Positions 63,828 through 64,000 of a stretch of 64,000 nucleotides of DNA are shown here, piece by piece. A program made the translations under genes and the position numbers. Below the pieces are notes generated by a model. That model did not search any database. It was not told the DNA's origin and saw only the letters and a list, made by a program, of their open reading frames with translations. Source of the DNA: Psilocybe cubensis (taxonomy: Eukaryota); assembly GCA_017499595.2 (NCBI GenBank), contig CM038998.1, positions 4,092,001-4,156,000 of the forward strand. Reading direction: 5' to 3'. Positions within the stretch are counted from its first letter, which is position 1; every line of letters starts with the position of its first letter.

Positions 63828-64000
63828 GACTATTCAAAATTCGAATAATGAAATAAGAGAAAAAACAGGGTAGAGAGTCGCGATATTAACGCGTCAGTTG
63901 CAATGATTGTATGGAAAGATTATCTGTGACGCGGTTGAACCAAGTAAACGCGCCTTCCACCGCGTCTGGGCTTATGTAACAGATTCAAATTCCGATGACC

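Overview
Intron-rich eukaryotic DNA from a mushroom-forming basidiomycete (Agaricomycete-type genes, ~50-60 nt GT-AG introns). About 21 host genes are supported: an RSC1/2-like bromo+BAH protein, a Nudix CoA pyrophosphatase, an SDR, an ArAE/FUSC-type membrane protein, GPALPP1, a SLOG-like protein, two EasG/NmrA-like reductases, an OPT transporter, two GH6 cellulases, HAUS1, RGP1, a thaumatin-like protein, an RWD-RBR E3 ligase, an arrestin-like protein, APC11, a Ser/Pro-rich protein and two paralogous Cys-rich single-pass membrane proteins. The highlight is a complete, apparently intact 6,909-bp DNA transposon (21066-27974). It has 46-bp TIRs (TATGG...CCATA, 1 mismatch) and a 6-bp TSD CTCACG, consistent with the IS3EU superfamily. 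It encodes an integrase-like DDE transposase and, head-to-head with it, a full-length alpha-kinase (eEF2K/MHCK-type) with an N-terminal Cys4 motif. It sits in a formerly 57-nt intron of the ArAE gene, and its TSD duplicated the putative branch site. Other points: two inverted paralog pairs bracketing gene blocks, a likely gene-conversion tract over the GH6 catalytic acid, and a 3-nt micro-exon in the OPT gene. All exon boundaries and family calls were made by eye and from motif recall, not from searches.
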